A DNA stretch of 64,000 nucleotides from Phaeosaccion multiseriatum (Eukaryota > Protista > Ochrophyta, other classes): assembly GCA_965112735.1 (NCBI GenBank), contig OZ218956.1:3162001-3226000 (forward strand), given 5' to 3'. Of the stretch, positions 1-13,559 are shown in pieces (the first letter of the stretch is position 1; each line of letters starts with the position of its first letter). The notes beneath the pieces were generated by a model. It saw only the letters and a program-made list of their open reading frames with translations. It was not told where the DNA came from and did no database searches. The position numbers and the translations under genes are program-made.

Positions 1-3000
1 TGGCAGTGGATGGGTGGACATAAGAGGATGGCAGTGGATGGGGAGTGAATGAGGAAGGCAAGCTTCTCCTCGAAGTACCTATGGTATGGTAAGTGAGTGA
101 GTGAAGGAGGGAGTCAGGATGGCAGTGGATGGATATAGGTAGGGTGCAAATGGATGATGGGCAAGGAATGAGGAAAGAGGACAAGCAAGGTGCTCCTCGC
201 CTCACACAAGTACCCACCCACCCTACCCTACCCCTGCGGTACCACACCACACCTGGTGGACTGTAGCCTCTGCATGTACTCCTCCTCCTCCTCCTCCTCG
301 CTCCCATCCGCACTGCCCCCCCTCATCAACAACATGTCCATCAGGGGCGGGTCCATAACCGTGGGCATGTTGAGCTTGACCTGAAAGCCCAAAAAGAACT
401 CTCGGCTCGCCATCCGCCTTAGAATTTGCAATTTGAGCATCTGATCGGCAATGAGGCTGCTTTGCGCGCCAGTCGGGTGCAAGAGAGCGTTGAACACCCT
501 TCGGCCCGCTGCGGGGAGGAAGGCGTCGCCTTCGTACCAGCTCTTCTTGTCCCTTTCTCCTCCTTCTCCTCCTCCTCCTCCTCCTCCTCCTCCTCCTCCT
601 CCTCCCCACCCTCCTCCTTCACCCCCTCCACCTCCTCCCCCTCCTCCTCCTCCTCCTCCTCCTCCTCCTCCTCCTCCTCCTCCTCCTCCTCCTTCACCTC
701 CTCCTCGCCGATGCCTAAAGGGACTTGTCATGGGGCTTCGGGAAGAGCTCTTCGCCCTTGCCGATGGAAGCCCCCCCACATCTGCTGCACTATCGACATC
801 GACATCGATATCGATATCCTCAAGAGACACGTCCTCCATACCCTCCCCTCTCGACCCGTCACTCTCATCCTCTCCTGCCCCTCCCCCTGTCCTCTCGGGC
901 ATGGAAATGAATGGGAAGGCGCGTGGGGTGGGTTTAGGCTCTCTGCCTTGCGCTCGCATGGCTGCCTGGAACTCCGAGTGGCGCTGAGAGGAGTGCTGAT
1001 CGGCCGCGAGGATGGACTCCTCCACCTCAATGGCCAGACGGATCAGATGCACCTGTCGTGCGTTAGTGCGTGCGTGCGTTACGATATTACGTTACGTTAC
1101 GTTACGTTACGTTACGTTAGGGGGCAAGTACGGTCGTTGGTCCGAGGGGGAACATTTCGTTAGGGCGGGGGGCGGTTTTAAGGTGGAGGTTTGAGGGGAG
1201 TAGGCAGGCAGGGCGGGTACGGTCGTTGGGAGGGAGGAGGGCAGGTCAGTTGGGAGGGAGGGGGGCGGGGTACCAGCGTTTGGCCGAGGGGGCATCAGAG
1301 AGCTAACAAGGGGGGCGGGTGTACGTTCGATCGCTAGTCTGAGAGAGAGAGAGAGAGAGAGAGAGAGGAGGAGGAGGAGGAGGGGAGGAGAAAGAAACGC
1401 TCTAGTCCGAGAGGGAGTACCTACCACCCCTACAGTGAGGGAGTACGTACCACCCCTACCACCCCTCTCTCTCACACACACACGCTTGTCTCACCTCGCG
1501 GCCACTCCCATCGGAGTCGTACAGCAGCGGCAAGCCTCTCCTGCTCATATCCTCCAGATACCCGTTGATCCACCACACCAGCCTCACAGCCAAGTGCACA
1601 CTGCGCAAGCATACGGACAGGAGGAAGTCTTCAAGCAACTCCATCTTGAGGATCCCTTCGAAGGTGAGGGCGGGGCCCATGAGGTAGTACGTGTGAATGA
1701 TCTGCGGCCAGAAGAAGTCAATGCCATCGAGGCCACCTGCCCGACCCGCAATCTCGTGCAGGTAGGTGACCACGAAGTGAAACTCATGTACGGAGAAGCT
1801 GACGGAATGTGCCGAGTCGTGCATGAGCTTGATGAGGCTCAGAAGGTCATCGGACACACTGCCGAGCATCTTGCGTCGCATGGCGTGCACTCGGTTGGCG
1901 GCTTCGTCCCTCTGGAAGAGCTGCTCTGCCCGCACCAGTTCACTGAACTCCTCAGGGCTGATGAGCTGCTGCTCCAGCAGACCTAGACCCGTCTGCAGCG
2001 AGGAGGCGTTGAAATGCGTGCCTGCCACGGGCTTCTTGACCAAGCGTTGTATGGCCTCCCTCTGGCCGTCTCTGGCCCGACGATGCTCGCTAATGTACAG
2101 CTCAAACATCGCCTCAAGGTACTTGAGGTGGTCTAGGAACTGCTGCGCGAGGAAGCAGTCATCGCACACGCGACACTTCTCTTCCAAACCGTGCTGAGGA
2201 AGAGGCACCTCCTTGGAGCAATAGTCATAGCAGCACATGAGCCCGCAGCTTGTGCACGAGTAGCCCCCCTGGGTCAGTCCAAAGGCCACCCCTGTCTTGG
2301 CACACACGTCGCTGACAATTGTCTCTGGCAGGCTCATCACCGCTCTTCGCAGCTCCTCCTTCTTGGGGGACTCCAGAGGGGTGACTGCCCCCCTCGCGGC
2401 ATGGTCATGATCAGTCACAGGGGAAACTGATACAGGCACGTCTCCTTCCGCGCCCCCCGAGGCCCAAGAGCCCCCCCCCCCCCCTCCTCCTCTTCCCCCG
2501 TGATGCTGCTCTTGCTCTTGCTGCCTTCTCTCCATCTCCCTCCTCTTTCTGTTGTTGTTGTTGGCGGCGCCCAGGGACGACAGGCTGGGGCCCGAGGTCA
2601 TCATGAGGTGTACGGCCTTCTGCATATACCCCATCCACACGCTTCTCATCTGCGGTGTGTCGCACACGCAGTAGTACGTGGTGCCAAGGCGCGTCACATA
2701 GACGAGACCATTGAGGTATACGTGCGTGCTGCCCTTGCCTGTTGGAGAGGGGATAACATGGGGGGAGATGAAGGAGGAGGAGGAGGAGGAGGAGGAGGAG
2801 GAGGAGGAGGAGGAGAAGGGGTGTGTGTGGGGTAAGTGGGTATTCTGCGCACCTTTTCCCCCTTCCCGCCCACCTCTCTCCCTCCCTCTCCCTTCCCTTG
2901 TCTCTACCCACTTCCTCCTCTCCTTCGTCCCTCCTGCTTTTATCTGCTCTATCCCTCGCCCCCCCCTCTCTCTCCTCCTCCCAAGCAGGTAGCCTCCGGC

Positions 3001-3213
3001 CTCCGTACGCTCCGCCCACTGCTCCAGAAGCAGCGACTCACCATTCCAGGCACTAACTCCAATCAGCTCCGTCTCCGCGACAGGCGGCAGGCCATTGAGG
3101 AAGTGCCGCTTGGCTTCATAGTCAAGCAGCATAGTGCCAATGAGCACGCAGAACCTTCGCTCCATCGCTCCGCCATGACTGGTTCTCCTCTTGGTCAGCC
3201 ATCCCTGGACCAT
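1..3213 (-). CDS. Phosphatidylinositol 4-kinase (PI4KIII-beta-like) with N-terminal PH and degenerate FYVE domains; 3' part (kinase domain) runs off the window start
   Basis: Exons about 3213-3042, 2738-1495 and 1052-253 with GT/AG sites in phase. PH start (VQGWLTKR...RRFCVL...W), FYVE-like Cys pattern (CTSCG..CC..CS...RVCDDC) and PIK helical segment (IDFFWPQI...LEDFLL..C..SVHLA.RLVW). The catalytic domain is not visible in the window. Confidence 0.75.
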
Positions 3214-3956
3214 GATGAGAAAGGAACAGGGAATTTCCTCTCGCCCTCTTTAGGGTTCTCCTCCCTACGTCGCTGCTATAGTTCGGCCGCCCTCATGTAG
3301 CAGCAGCAGCAGTAGCAGTATCTACAGCAGCACAACCCCTTCAAAGCCCCGATGGACACCCTCCTCTCGCAAGACAGGGGAGAAGGTTTGTATATATATT
3401 GATGGGGAAGGGTATCGGGTGCCATCCGCTACAGCATTTCAGGTCGGAAACACTCCAGACGAATTTGTGTGCGGAAAGAGAAGAGACAGGCCAGCCCAGA
3501 AGCAGGAAGCAGGCAGGCTGGCGCGGCCAGAAGCAGGAAGCAGGGTCGCCTCAGAAGCATGTCAGGGGCCGATTGTGTATGTGGTGTGTATGTATGTATG
3601 TATACACCTCTATCGGGGCAGCGTCTAATAATACTAAACTTAGAATGAGCTGTAGGCGCTCACGTGGGCCGTGTGGAATGCCAACACGGATAGCACGGCA
3701 GCGAGGCCCATATACCTGCTTGTGCTTGTGCTTGTGTGCGTATATGTGTGTATATACACCCTGCCCCCCGACCCCTTCCCTTCCCTTCCCGAACCAAAAT
3801 AACCAATGTGATGCGGATGAATCAGTGCCAGCCAGTGAAAGGTCGCCTCCGGAAAGAAGAACCGCCATTCGCACCACTTCGCTCGTCCTGGCTGACGAGG
3901 CTTACTGCTACTGGGCTGGGCTCCTCTCCTCTCCTCCTCCCTCCATCTCCCCCCCT

Positions 3957-4240
3957 CTATACCACGCCGTCTCTAACTCTCATCTCCACCCTCAGCTGGT
4001 CATTGGCGACTGCACCTGTCATGGCCGGTGTGGCCTCGTCGCCCATCCTACTGCCCTTGACGTACAGCTCCAAATCGCCAGCTGTGAGTCCATTGTCGGA
4101 TGCGTACCTCGTGGTGATCTGATTACATTGCGAAGGGGTTGTGGATGGCAGTGGATGATGGGGGGAGCACAAGCACACAGCGTTGGTCGGAGGGGGCGGG
4201 GGAAGCCGGCAATTTAGTTGCGAGAGTAAAAACAAACGAA

Positions 4241-4285
<45 letters not shown>

Positions 4286-6420
4286 GAGAAGAGAGCGAGA
4301 GACAGATATCTAAGCTTGTATACAAAGCCACGGGATAACACCCACGTCAGTACTTACTTACCTTGGATAGAGGGTCGCTGGCGAGGATTTTGAACAACTT
4401 GGCTTTGCGCGTGCCACGCAGGCAGCGCACTGTGACTTTTCGCTTGCGGCCGGGCGGGGGGCGCGATTCGAAGATGAGGAGATGACCCTCGGGAAGGTTG
4501 AGGAACTGGCCGGGGGGGTGGAGAGATGGGGGACGGGGGGAGAGGGGGTGGGGAGAGGGAGAGAGAGAGAGAGAGAGGGAGGAAGAGGGAAAGAGAGAGA
4601 TGAGAGAGAAGAGGGGGAAAGAGAGGCTATACCGACCGACCGATATTGACCATAGCCGTCCGTCCAAGCCACACCGAACGCACTCTGACTTCGACTTGAT
4701 CCCACTCACCTCCGGAGTCCAGCTCATATTCACAGGCATGGGCGCCGGCTCCTCTTCCTCTCCTCCTGCCGCTGCTGTATCACCAACTGGTGCTGCCGTC
4801 TTGATAAAGCACTGGTCCGGGATCAGCCCCTTCATCTTCGTGCCCGATAGCTTGACCAAGAGATCCCCAAAGCTCACGTCACCCCCCACCCGGGTACGAA
4901 CGAGCTGCTCCGGAAACTGCAGTCTGAGCTTCATGCCACTGGGCGCACCCCCCTGGGAGGAAGAGCCCCCCTGGGAAGAAGAGCCCCCCTGGGTAGATGC
5001 CCCCTGTGAAGAGTCCCCCTGGGAAGACGACGCCCCCCCCACGAGGGTTTCTGCCTCGCTGGACCCCGCCCGGACTTTCCTCCCCTCTGCTGCTTCTTCT
5101 TCTCCCTCTTCTCCACCACTTGCCGCTGCAGGCACAGTGTCCGCCGATCCGGTCTCTGCCGCCTCTGCCTCTGCCTCTGCCTCCCCTGCGGCCTCGGCTG
5201 CTGCCTTTGCTGCAGCTACTGCTGTTGCTACTGCAGCTTCTGCTTCTGCTTCTTCCGCTGCCGTCGCTGCTGTGGGTGCCACACTCGAAGCCGCCTCATG
5301 CGCCTTGAACCCCTCCTCCCACACCTTGGCGTCGCGCACCGTTACATCAATCAAGTCTCCATCCTCCAAATCCTCGTCCTGTGGGGTGCCATCGTCCCCC
5401 AAGCGCTGACCATCAAACTCAAACTTGACCGCCTCCGCGTCACCCTTGGGGAGCGCGTAGGCCTCGCAAAATGCCTCCTTTAGGCAGCTGAAAGGGTCTT
5501 GTACACCGGTCTTTTGCTTCACTTGCTGCCCTCCGTTGACTCGCATCAAGAGCTCAACCTGAGGCCCCCCTCCTCCTGCGCCTCCTCCTCCGGACGATGA
5601 TCCAATGCCCTGTGTGAATATGTCCACATGTGTGTCTGTCTTGAAATGCCCCTTATCCCAAAGGTCCCGAAGCAAGCTCGTCCTGTCTTCCAGCACCTTT
5701 CTCAATCGAAAGAGGAGGATGAAAGAGAAGCAACGGGGTGGTGGGGAGAGGGAAGGGAGGGAGGAAGCATAATAGCAGTTGAGCTTGATTGATACTCTTG
5801 AGCAGCGAACAACGGGCAAGCAACCAAGAAGAAGAAGGAAAAGACTGCCTATGCATCGCTAGCACGACGACGGAAGGGAGAGAAATGGCATGGAAAGAAA
5901 GACACTTGAAAACAACTTTCTAACCCCCCCGTCCCTCCTCTCTCCTCACCTTTGCTTCACACACGAGCCTCACAGGGCACATTTCTCCACTGCCCTCCTC
6001 TGGTACAATGTGGTCCAGCTTCCAATACTTGCACGCGAAACGCACGGCCTGTGTGGACGGCACCCGACGGACCGGATGGATGGGATGGAAGGCATATGAG
6101 TTCGAGTTATCCAAACAGAAAAGAGCATTCGATATATATATATATATATATGGACCTCTTGATTACAGTTAGTCCATCAATCATGGGCTGGCTGCCACAT
6201 TTAACTTACCTCTTCCAGATTGTTCTCCGCCATTTTCAGATTGATCTTCATTTTCGAGGCCTTGATCCTGTCTCGGGTGAAGAACATGGTCAACAACTTC
6301 TTCCTGGCCCTGTTTGTTGTCGTCCGAGCCAAGAGAACAAGGAGCAAGGACAGAGATGGGGCCAGTGAATGACCATCAGTTGCCATGTCCTTCGCATCTC
6401 GCAGAGAGCTTGTTGGGATA

Positions 6421-6454
<34 letters not shown>

Positions 6455-6512
6455 ATGAAGGTGGGGCGAAGCGTGGCAAAGTGACAGCCTCTCCTCCCCC
6501 TTCCAAGGTCCC

Positions 6513-6550
<38 letters not shown>

Positions 6551-7132
6551 ACGTGATTCCTTGTCTTGCTTAACCACACCATGCCATGCAACGAACATGC
6601 TTCAGAAGCAGCAGCAGTCGCTACACCGCACATCCTTGGTAAATACATCCAGTACATCAAACCACTGGAAAAAGAAACTCGGACTCAAAGCAGACTTGAA
6701 AGCGTACTGAAGCAAGCCATGCCATGAAACTGGTACTCACGCGGCGGCGGGCATGGGCGGCCTGCTGGAAACCTTCCTCGCCTTGGGCCTGGGCCTTGCC
6801 CTAAGCGGCTCTGCAGGCCCCTCGTCCAGCTGCGAGTCCTTCTGGCATTTGGCGCGGTGTTCCTTCAAGAAGGCCTCTGCGGCCTGCACGTCTTCGCTGG
6901 CCATGTCTGCCTCGCCTACTGTGGTCTGTGTGTGTGCGCGTGTTATGTGAGAGGGAAGGGATGATCAGTGCAAGAAGAGAACGACTAAAGAACTTTCCAA
7001 CTTTCGGGCCAGAGAGGGAGGCAAGACGTCTTTCAAACTGTACCACCATACTACTCCAGACAAATGGCTGTCGCTTTTCCTTACCACTTGACGCATGCTC
7101 CAAGGGGACGGGGTCACACGCACGCACACGCA

Positions 7133-7169
<37 letters not shown>

Positions 7170-8109
7170 TACCGTAGCGATCATCTGGTTGAGTTCTTCC
7201 TCCTCCGTGATGGCAATGGCCGTGTCCGCCGCCGCTCCTGCCACTGGCGCTACCCCTGCCCCTCCTCCTGTCCCTCCCCCACTAGTGAGCGAGGCGATGA
7301 CAGCGTCATCATCATCATCGTCCGACAAGACGCTTACTGTTCCTCTTCCTCTTCGCTTGGCGGTTGGCGTATACACGAGCTCATCATCGCCGTCGTCATC
7401 TGAGTCTGAGCCTGCCTGCTTGCGAGTCAGTTTGCGCTTCTTGCCTGCGTCATGTTCAATTGCGCGTTACAGAGTTACCGAGTCAGCCGGAGTTGAAGGA
7501 TAAGAGTGTGCGTGTGCCAGAGAGAGATAGAGAGAGAACGTGTGTGTATGTTTGTGCGTATGCATCGTGCGTGTGCGTGCGAGAGAGGGGGGAGGGGGGC
7601 TGAGGATACGCGTGAGAAGCAAAGGCCCAAGTACCTTCCTTAACTTCCTTACCTTTCGTAGGAGAGGGAGTTGCGGGGGCATCATCATCATCGTCGTCGT
7701 CGTCATCCTCGTCGCTCAAATCGAAGAGAGGCTTCTTCCGGGTCGCCTCTGGACTCAAACGTGTTTCGTCACAGGAGCCAAAGGTAAAGCACACCGCCGT
7801 AGATAGAGAAGGAGAGACATAGGTAGAGAGGCATACATACAGAGAGAGGAAAGAGAGCGGAATGTACAGAGAGGGAGAGCAAGAAGAGAGGGGATGGCCA
7901 TTAGCCGGCGGCCGAAAGGAGGGGGGGGGGTTGGACAGCGCACAGGCAAGAAGGAGGATGGGGTACGAATAGGAGAAAGGCCGTTGTTGCCCCGGCCCAA
8001 CCTCCCCTCAAACCCGCCCCTTCCTTCCTTTGCCACACTCACTCCTTGAAGCGTAGAGGTCCCAGGAGGGCTTCACTTCACCACCACTTGACTCGTCCTC
8101 ATCCTCCAT
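3957..8109 (-). CDS. Rad60/Esc2/NIP45 (RENi)-like protein with an acidic low-complexity N-terminus and several SUMO/ubiquitin-like domains
   Basis: Multi-exon gene starting at ATG 8109 (MEDEDESSGG...). SUMO-like domains VKFEFDGQRLGDDGTPQDEDLEDGDLIDV and LELYVKGSRMGDEATP...DQLRVEM. No terminal di-Gly. Confidence 0.7.
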
Positions 8110-8580
8110 TTGATGTCGGGTTTTGGCGGTTTGCTTGAGATTGTTGAGGTGGTGAGCGCTATCGGCCTTGCCAAAGTCCTTGACGGAGGCAGGCAGATAC
8201 TTCCTCCACTATACCGCGGTCTACTAAAGCAACCAGCTGAAAGCAACTACCTCCTGCCTTCTTGATGCCTTCTCAAAACTTGGTTTCTCTTGCCTGGCCC
8301 ATAAAGACCTTCATAGATGCAAACGAAACTCAAAACTCGGGAGGTGAGGATCTACTCGAGCAGCGAAGTAGTAAGCCCCCTCAAAGACGAGAGACAGGGA
8401 GGATGAGGTGTATTTCGGGGAATGAATGAGGAGAAGACTGCGAAATAATTACTTTTGCGGAAATTGGGATCAAATTTGGATATAAATCGAGGCAGTGCAG
8501 ATGGCACTTGATGGTTTTGAAGTTTCTTACTGAAGCCTCTTTTTCTCCTCTTTCTCCTTTACTCAACGCCCTTAAAAGCC

Positions 8581-9432
8581 ATGTCGGTTCTTCCCTTACT
8601 AGAGATGCGGTCGTACGTACTAAAACAGGCGGGCATGGTATCGTGGGCCGCCCTCATGAGGGAGAAGTCCGAGCTGCGCAAAAGTCTGTTTCCCTCGAAA
8701 CTTCTGGGATATGTTGAGACCGGCGGGCTCACCAACAACGCTATCCACTTTTACCTGTACCCAGGTGGTCTTGCACAGGTCGGCAGCACCACAGAGTGGC
8801 CAGAGAGAAGGAGGGACTTTTTCATGCTATTCTAATTACTCTGTGCTCTATCGCCGCGACTCCCTTCCCTCCCTGTATGTATGTACTCCACGTTGCAGAG
8901 AGAGAGGGTTCGTAAGGCGGCCGCGGAGAATGCGGAGTGGCAAGACTATCTCAAACAAGGCAGACCATTTGTTGATTCCGCCAGCAGCTTCATCTACGTC
9001 GAGGCCAAGGATTTGCTGAACACCCACAACTTGGCAGGAGCAGCAGAGTGGAAAGCCCCGGTGCAGCAGCAAGAAGAAGAGGACGAGCAGGGCAAGCTGG
9101 GCGGTGTGGTGGAGTTGCGTAGGTACCAACTCGAGTTGGGGTACGACAGCGTGCCGCGCTTCCTCGAGCATTTCGGCGCAGGCTTGGGCAGCAAACTGGC
9201 CGCCGACCCTGCCGCACGAGACGCTCTGGTGAGCGTAATGTACAGCGATGTGGGGCCGCTGAATGAAGTCCTTGAGGTGTGGAGGCACGAGAGCGTGGAG
9301 AGCATGCAGCAGAGCAGGGTGGCGTCTCGGGGGGCGGCGGAGTGGCGGCGCTCCATTGGTGCCATTGCTCAGTTGGCCACGTCCTTCGATACCAGGATTT
9401 TGAATTCAGAGCCTTGGTGTACGTGGAGCTGA
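8581..9432 (+). CDS. NIPSNAP family protein (two NIPSNAP domains)
   Basis: Exons 8581-8778 and 8899-9432 join in frame. Motifs LEMRSYVL, ETGG.N..HFY.Y, VVELRRYQL, SDVGPLNEVLEVWRH.S and R.ASR..AEWR. Confidence 0.9.
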
Positions 9433-10293
9433 GCGTATTGGCATGTTAGGATCACGTGAAACGATGGTATCTCATACTACTTGTATGACATCAATCATCG
9501 ATGGGGACGACGGCTGCGCATTTACTCCACCCCACCCTTGCGTCCTCAGTCCTGAGGCCCCAGTCTATAGACATGAAAGACAGGTCATAGCAGCGGGGTT
9601 TGCTTGCTGCCGCGAGAGATACCGTGAAGAGTCGACTCACTCTCCCACCGGAGCTGACACGTTTCGCTGCATCGACTTGTTCGACCTCTATTATTCAGGG
9701 CAGTAGAAGGGCATGCACAAGAGTTGGGCCCATTACTCACTCGAGACCGACCTGAAGCTCTTTCGCTGACGGCTTCTTCATTTTGCAAGAGCGAAGAGGG
9801 GGAAGAGAGGCAAGGGACAGAGAGGGGACACTCGGCGTCGTGCGAGTGCGCTGCCGACGCAATATATACGTACGCACCGCCCAACCGCCCCGAGAGACTG
9901 GATAACTGGTTGTGGGGGTGTTCTTCAGCGGTGACTCGAGGCCACCGCCACCGCCGACACCGAGCAGCAGCAGCAACAGCAGCAGCAGTTGGTGATACAG
10001 CAGATGCTCGCACGCTCGGCGGTGAGGGCTCTACAATGCAGGTGCCGACAAGGGCGAGGGACGGTATATCATGAGTAAGGGGGACGAGATCAGAGCCTAT
10101 GAACGGACGTGGCTCTCAGCTTCAAGCTCCTCGACCATTCTCGCGGTTGCGGTTTCAGATTCAGTTCTTGGACCTCATTTAACACATGAAAATATCCATA
10201 TCGAGATTGGCTAGCCATCCATTGGTACTCGTACTCCTCCGCCCGCCCCCACCGCCCCTTCCACCCAACCCACCCCCGCACTCATACACTGAC

Positions 10294-11775
10294 TCACAGG
10301 CCCCTAACGAGAGTGGGTGCGACGCGCTTCTTCTTGTTGGGGGTGCTCCCCGAGGAGACTGTGGGACTACTTACGCCCTTCGTCGTTGCTGCCGCTGGCG
10401 AATGCGACACCCCCATTTCCGCAGCGGGTGCGCGATCTTGCTGTGATTGTGTCGACTCGGAAGCCTGCAGTAGCTTGGGCGACGGCGAGGAGGGTGATGA
10501 TGACGAAGCTGAAGCTGAAGCAAGCTTCGACGAGGTGGGCAAGTCTCCCAAGCGAGTTGGAACAATGCACCGCTTCTTCGGTGTGGGCTGTCGCGGCGAC
10601 TGCTGCTGCTGCTCTTGCTGCTGCTCTTGGGCCTGGCGGTTGGGCACCGGGCTGAGCGCCTTTCGCTGGCTAGGGCTGGACTGGCTGCTGCTTTTGGTTG
10701 GGCTGGTGACGCTCGGCTGGCTGGTGACGCTGGCCTGGCTACTGACACTCGACTGGCTAGTGGGCGGCAGATTAGACACCAACGTTGGCACAATCTTCTT
10801 CCGCTTCTTGGTGGCTGAAGTGGGGGCCGCAGCAGGAGCAACAGGAGCAGTAGTATCCCCACCAGTTGGTGATACAGCCGCATCAGCATCGTTAGTAGCC
10901 TGGGCCGCAGCAGTCGTCGGTACAGGGCTTGCCGCTGCTGTCGCCGCTTCTCCTTCTCCTTCTCCTCCTCCGCCTCCTCCTCGTCCTGCTGCTGCTGCTG
11001 CTGCTGCTGCTGAGGCTGTGCTTCCCGCTCCTCCTCCAGCCGCGGCCGCGGCGGTGGCAGGTGCGCTGTTCTCCTTCTTGTCCTGCGGCTTGTCCTGCTT
11101 CTTGTCCTGCTTCTTGTCCTCCTGCTTGTCCTGCTTCGTAACGTCGCCACTGTCGCCCTCTTGTTGCTTGTGCCCGTACACAAGCGGAAAGGCCCGCTGA
11201 GTGCGCAGAGGCACCTCGGCCAAGGGTAGCGCCTCCCCGAGCTCCCCGTCTGAGAAATGCAGGATGCTAATGTAACCGTCCCTCGACGACACGAGGAGGG
11301 AGCACCCGTCAGGAGACCAACACACGTCCGTGAGGGCAGAGTAGTGCAAGCCTCTGGCCACGCTCAGGGGGAGGGCGTGCTCAGTGTCGTACAGCAGCAG
11401 TGTGTCGAGAGAGGCCACAGCAAAGACCACACGATAAGGGAGATTGGTGAGGCTGCTGCTAAAGCTCGCAGCTGCTGCTGTTGCTGCTGCTGGTGTTGTT
11501 GTTGCTGCTGCTGCTGCAACTCCTGCTGCGGGTGGTGGTTGTGGTGTTGCTGCTGCTCCTGCTGCTCCTGCTCCTCCTGCTGCTGTGCCGGAGCTCTTGA
11601 GCTTGAACAGGATGGGGCATGCGCGAACCGCCACTGAAGGCTGGTCCAGACCTGGCAAGCAAATGGCGGGGGCATCTGAATGGACAAGGGAGAGAAAGGT
11701 AAAGGCAGACGATCGATTGAACAAATGGCAATGGCATGGGGTGGTCAGTCTCTGCCAGGCCCTGGGGAAGCGAGA

Positions 11776-11813
<38 letters not shown>

Positions 11814-13559
11814 CGCGTCACAGTAACGCCCACCCGACCCGATATTCACTTACCGAATCTCCCTCGGAGGAAGAGAAAGGTGCAGTAGAGAAGGCGGTTC
11901 TTGCTGGTGTCGCCACTCCGCCCCCCCCCCCCCCCCACCACCACCCGCCCCTCCACTGCTGCTGCTGCTGCCTACTGCCACCCCCTTCGGCTGTGGGCCT
12001 CCCTCCAGGCGGACTTGAGCGGTGGGGGTGATGAGGAACGCTCCATCTGGGGACCAAGTGAGTCTCCGGAAGAAGCTCCCCACAGTTCCATCTACAAACA
12101 AGTTGGTTCTACGACTTTGCGGAGGCTCTACTACCGAGAGAGTTGGTGATACAGCAGCTGGTGCCTCGCCATCCTCGGCAGCAGCAGCAGCAGGAGGAGA
12201 GGCCGAGGAGCCTGGCGGGCCCGCTGCCTGCTGCTGCTGTTGCTGCTCCTGCTGCTGCTTTGCGCTAGAGCTGCTGCTGCTGCTGCTGCTGCTGCTACTG
12301 CTACCACTGCTGCCACGGGTGGTGGTGTGTAAGTGGGTCTCGATCGTTTTGATGAGACTATCGTGAAAGAGACTGAGAGCCGGGGCGCCTTTGGATGCGT
12401 GACCCTTGGCCTTGCTCTCCGAGCACCTGTACACGCGGCAAGTCCGGTCGTTGCTTTGGGTGGCAATATACTCACCGAGGGGGTCCCAGGCAACGCCCTG
12501 GTCGGTGTGGGGTTGATCAACGAACAAAGGGGACAGAACGAAAGCAATAGAAATGTTGTGAAGCAGTCAAGTGTGTGCGCGTGTGTGGGCATCATCAGAT
12601 GTGACACTTGACAGGAGAGGGACACAAGAATCTAGAGAGGAGAATATCACCCTCCCTCTCTCCTTCCTGCCGTCCTACCCCCCCCCACCCTAGGCTCTCA
12701 AGCCAAAGCCTCCTTCCTCGCAAGGACGAAACGGAACCCCACACACAATGAATGCCCTTTTGTCTCCCTTTCTTTGCTACCTCACCTGCACATAGCTGGT
12801 GTGGTCCTTGAGCGTCGCCACTACATGCCTTGTGACAACATTGAACACGAAAGCCTGATTGTCTACCGCCCCACAGATCAGATGTTTTCCGTCTGGTGAC
12901 CACGCTACGTCGTAAAAGTCTGAGGCATTGCCTGCTCCGAGCAGCTTGTGTATGGTGGTGTCCCTCTCCCCTGACACCTTGACCCAGTCGGTGGCCTTAC
13001 CCACGCTGAACACCACCACACTCCCAGAGTCGGCTGTGGCTGCAAGGCTCACCCCATCTGGGGACCATCTTACGGCGTTGACGCTCGTTTGGAGGTCGCA
13101 CAGGTTGCACACGAAGCGCTGGTGCTGAACGGGGCTGTCAGGCGGAGGCGGAACAGAGTCGCTGGTGTGGTCTGGACGTTGCACCATCCAGAGACGCACA
13201 CAGCCATCGGCCCCTGCTGTAGCTAACAGATACTCGACCACCTCCGTATCGTTTGAAGCCGCCGCCGCCGCCGCCACCACCGGTACTGATGATGATGATG
13301 CTGCTGTAGCTGCTACTGATGTGTTTGTCTGGCTTGACCCCTCCCCTTTCTCTGTAGCTTCTACTGACCCTGGCAATTGCCCTTTCCCCTGCTCTTTCCC
13401 CCCAAGACATGGTCCCCCCACCCCCCCTCTCCCTCCTCCTGCTCTGGCCGGGGCGGGTGGTCTCTTGAAGACGTGAGGGTGCAGGTCGGCAGCAAGCACA
13501 GGGTCGTTCTTTCCTCCTTCCCCACCATGCCACGTGATCTGGGGTGTGTCCACCAGCAT
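10294..13559 (-). CDS. CHAF1B: Chromatin assembly factor 1 subunit B (p60/FAS2/Cac2), WD40 protein
   Basis: TPQITWH start, VNAVRWSPDG, DVAWSPDG, HTSYVQ|GVAWDPLGEYIATQSNDR, FFRRLTWSPDG, LPYRVVFAVA and HYSALTDVCWS. An apparent 1-nt frameshift lies in the C16 run at 11921-11936. Confidence 0.92.

Noticed and set aside
3399-4217. 272-aa plus-strand ORF and many similar antisense or alternative-frame ORFs across the window
   Set aside because: These are shadow ORFs caused by high GC and stop-free microsatellites; they overlap better-supported genes.
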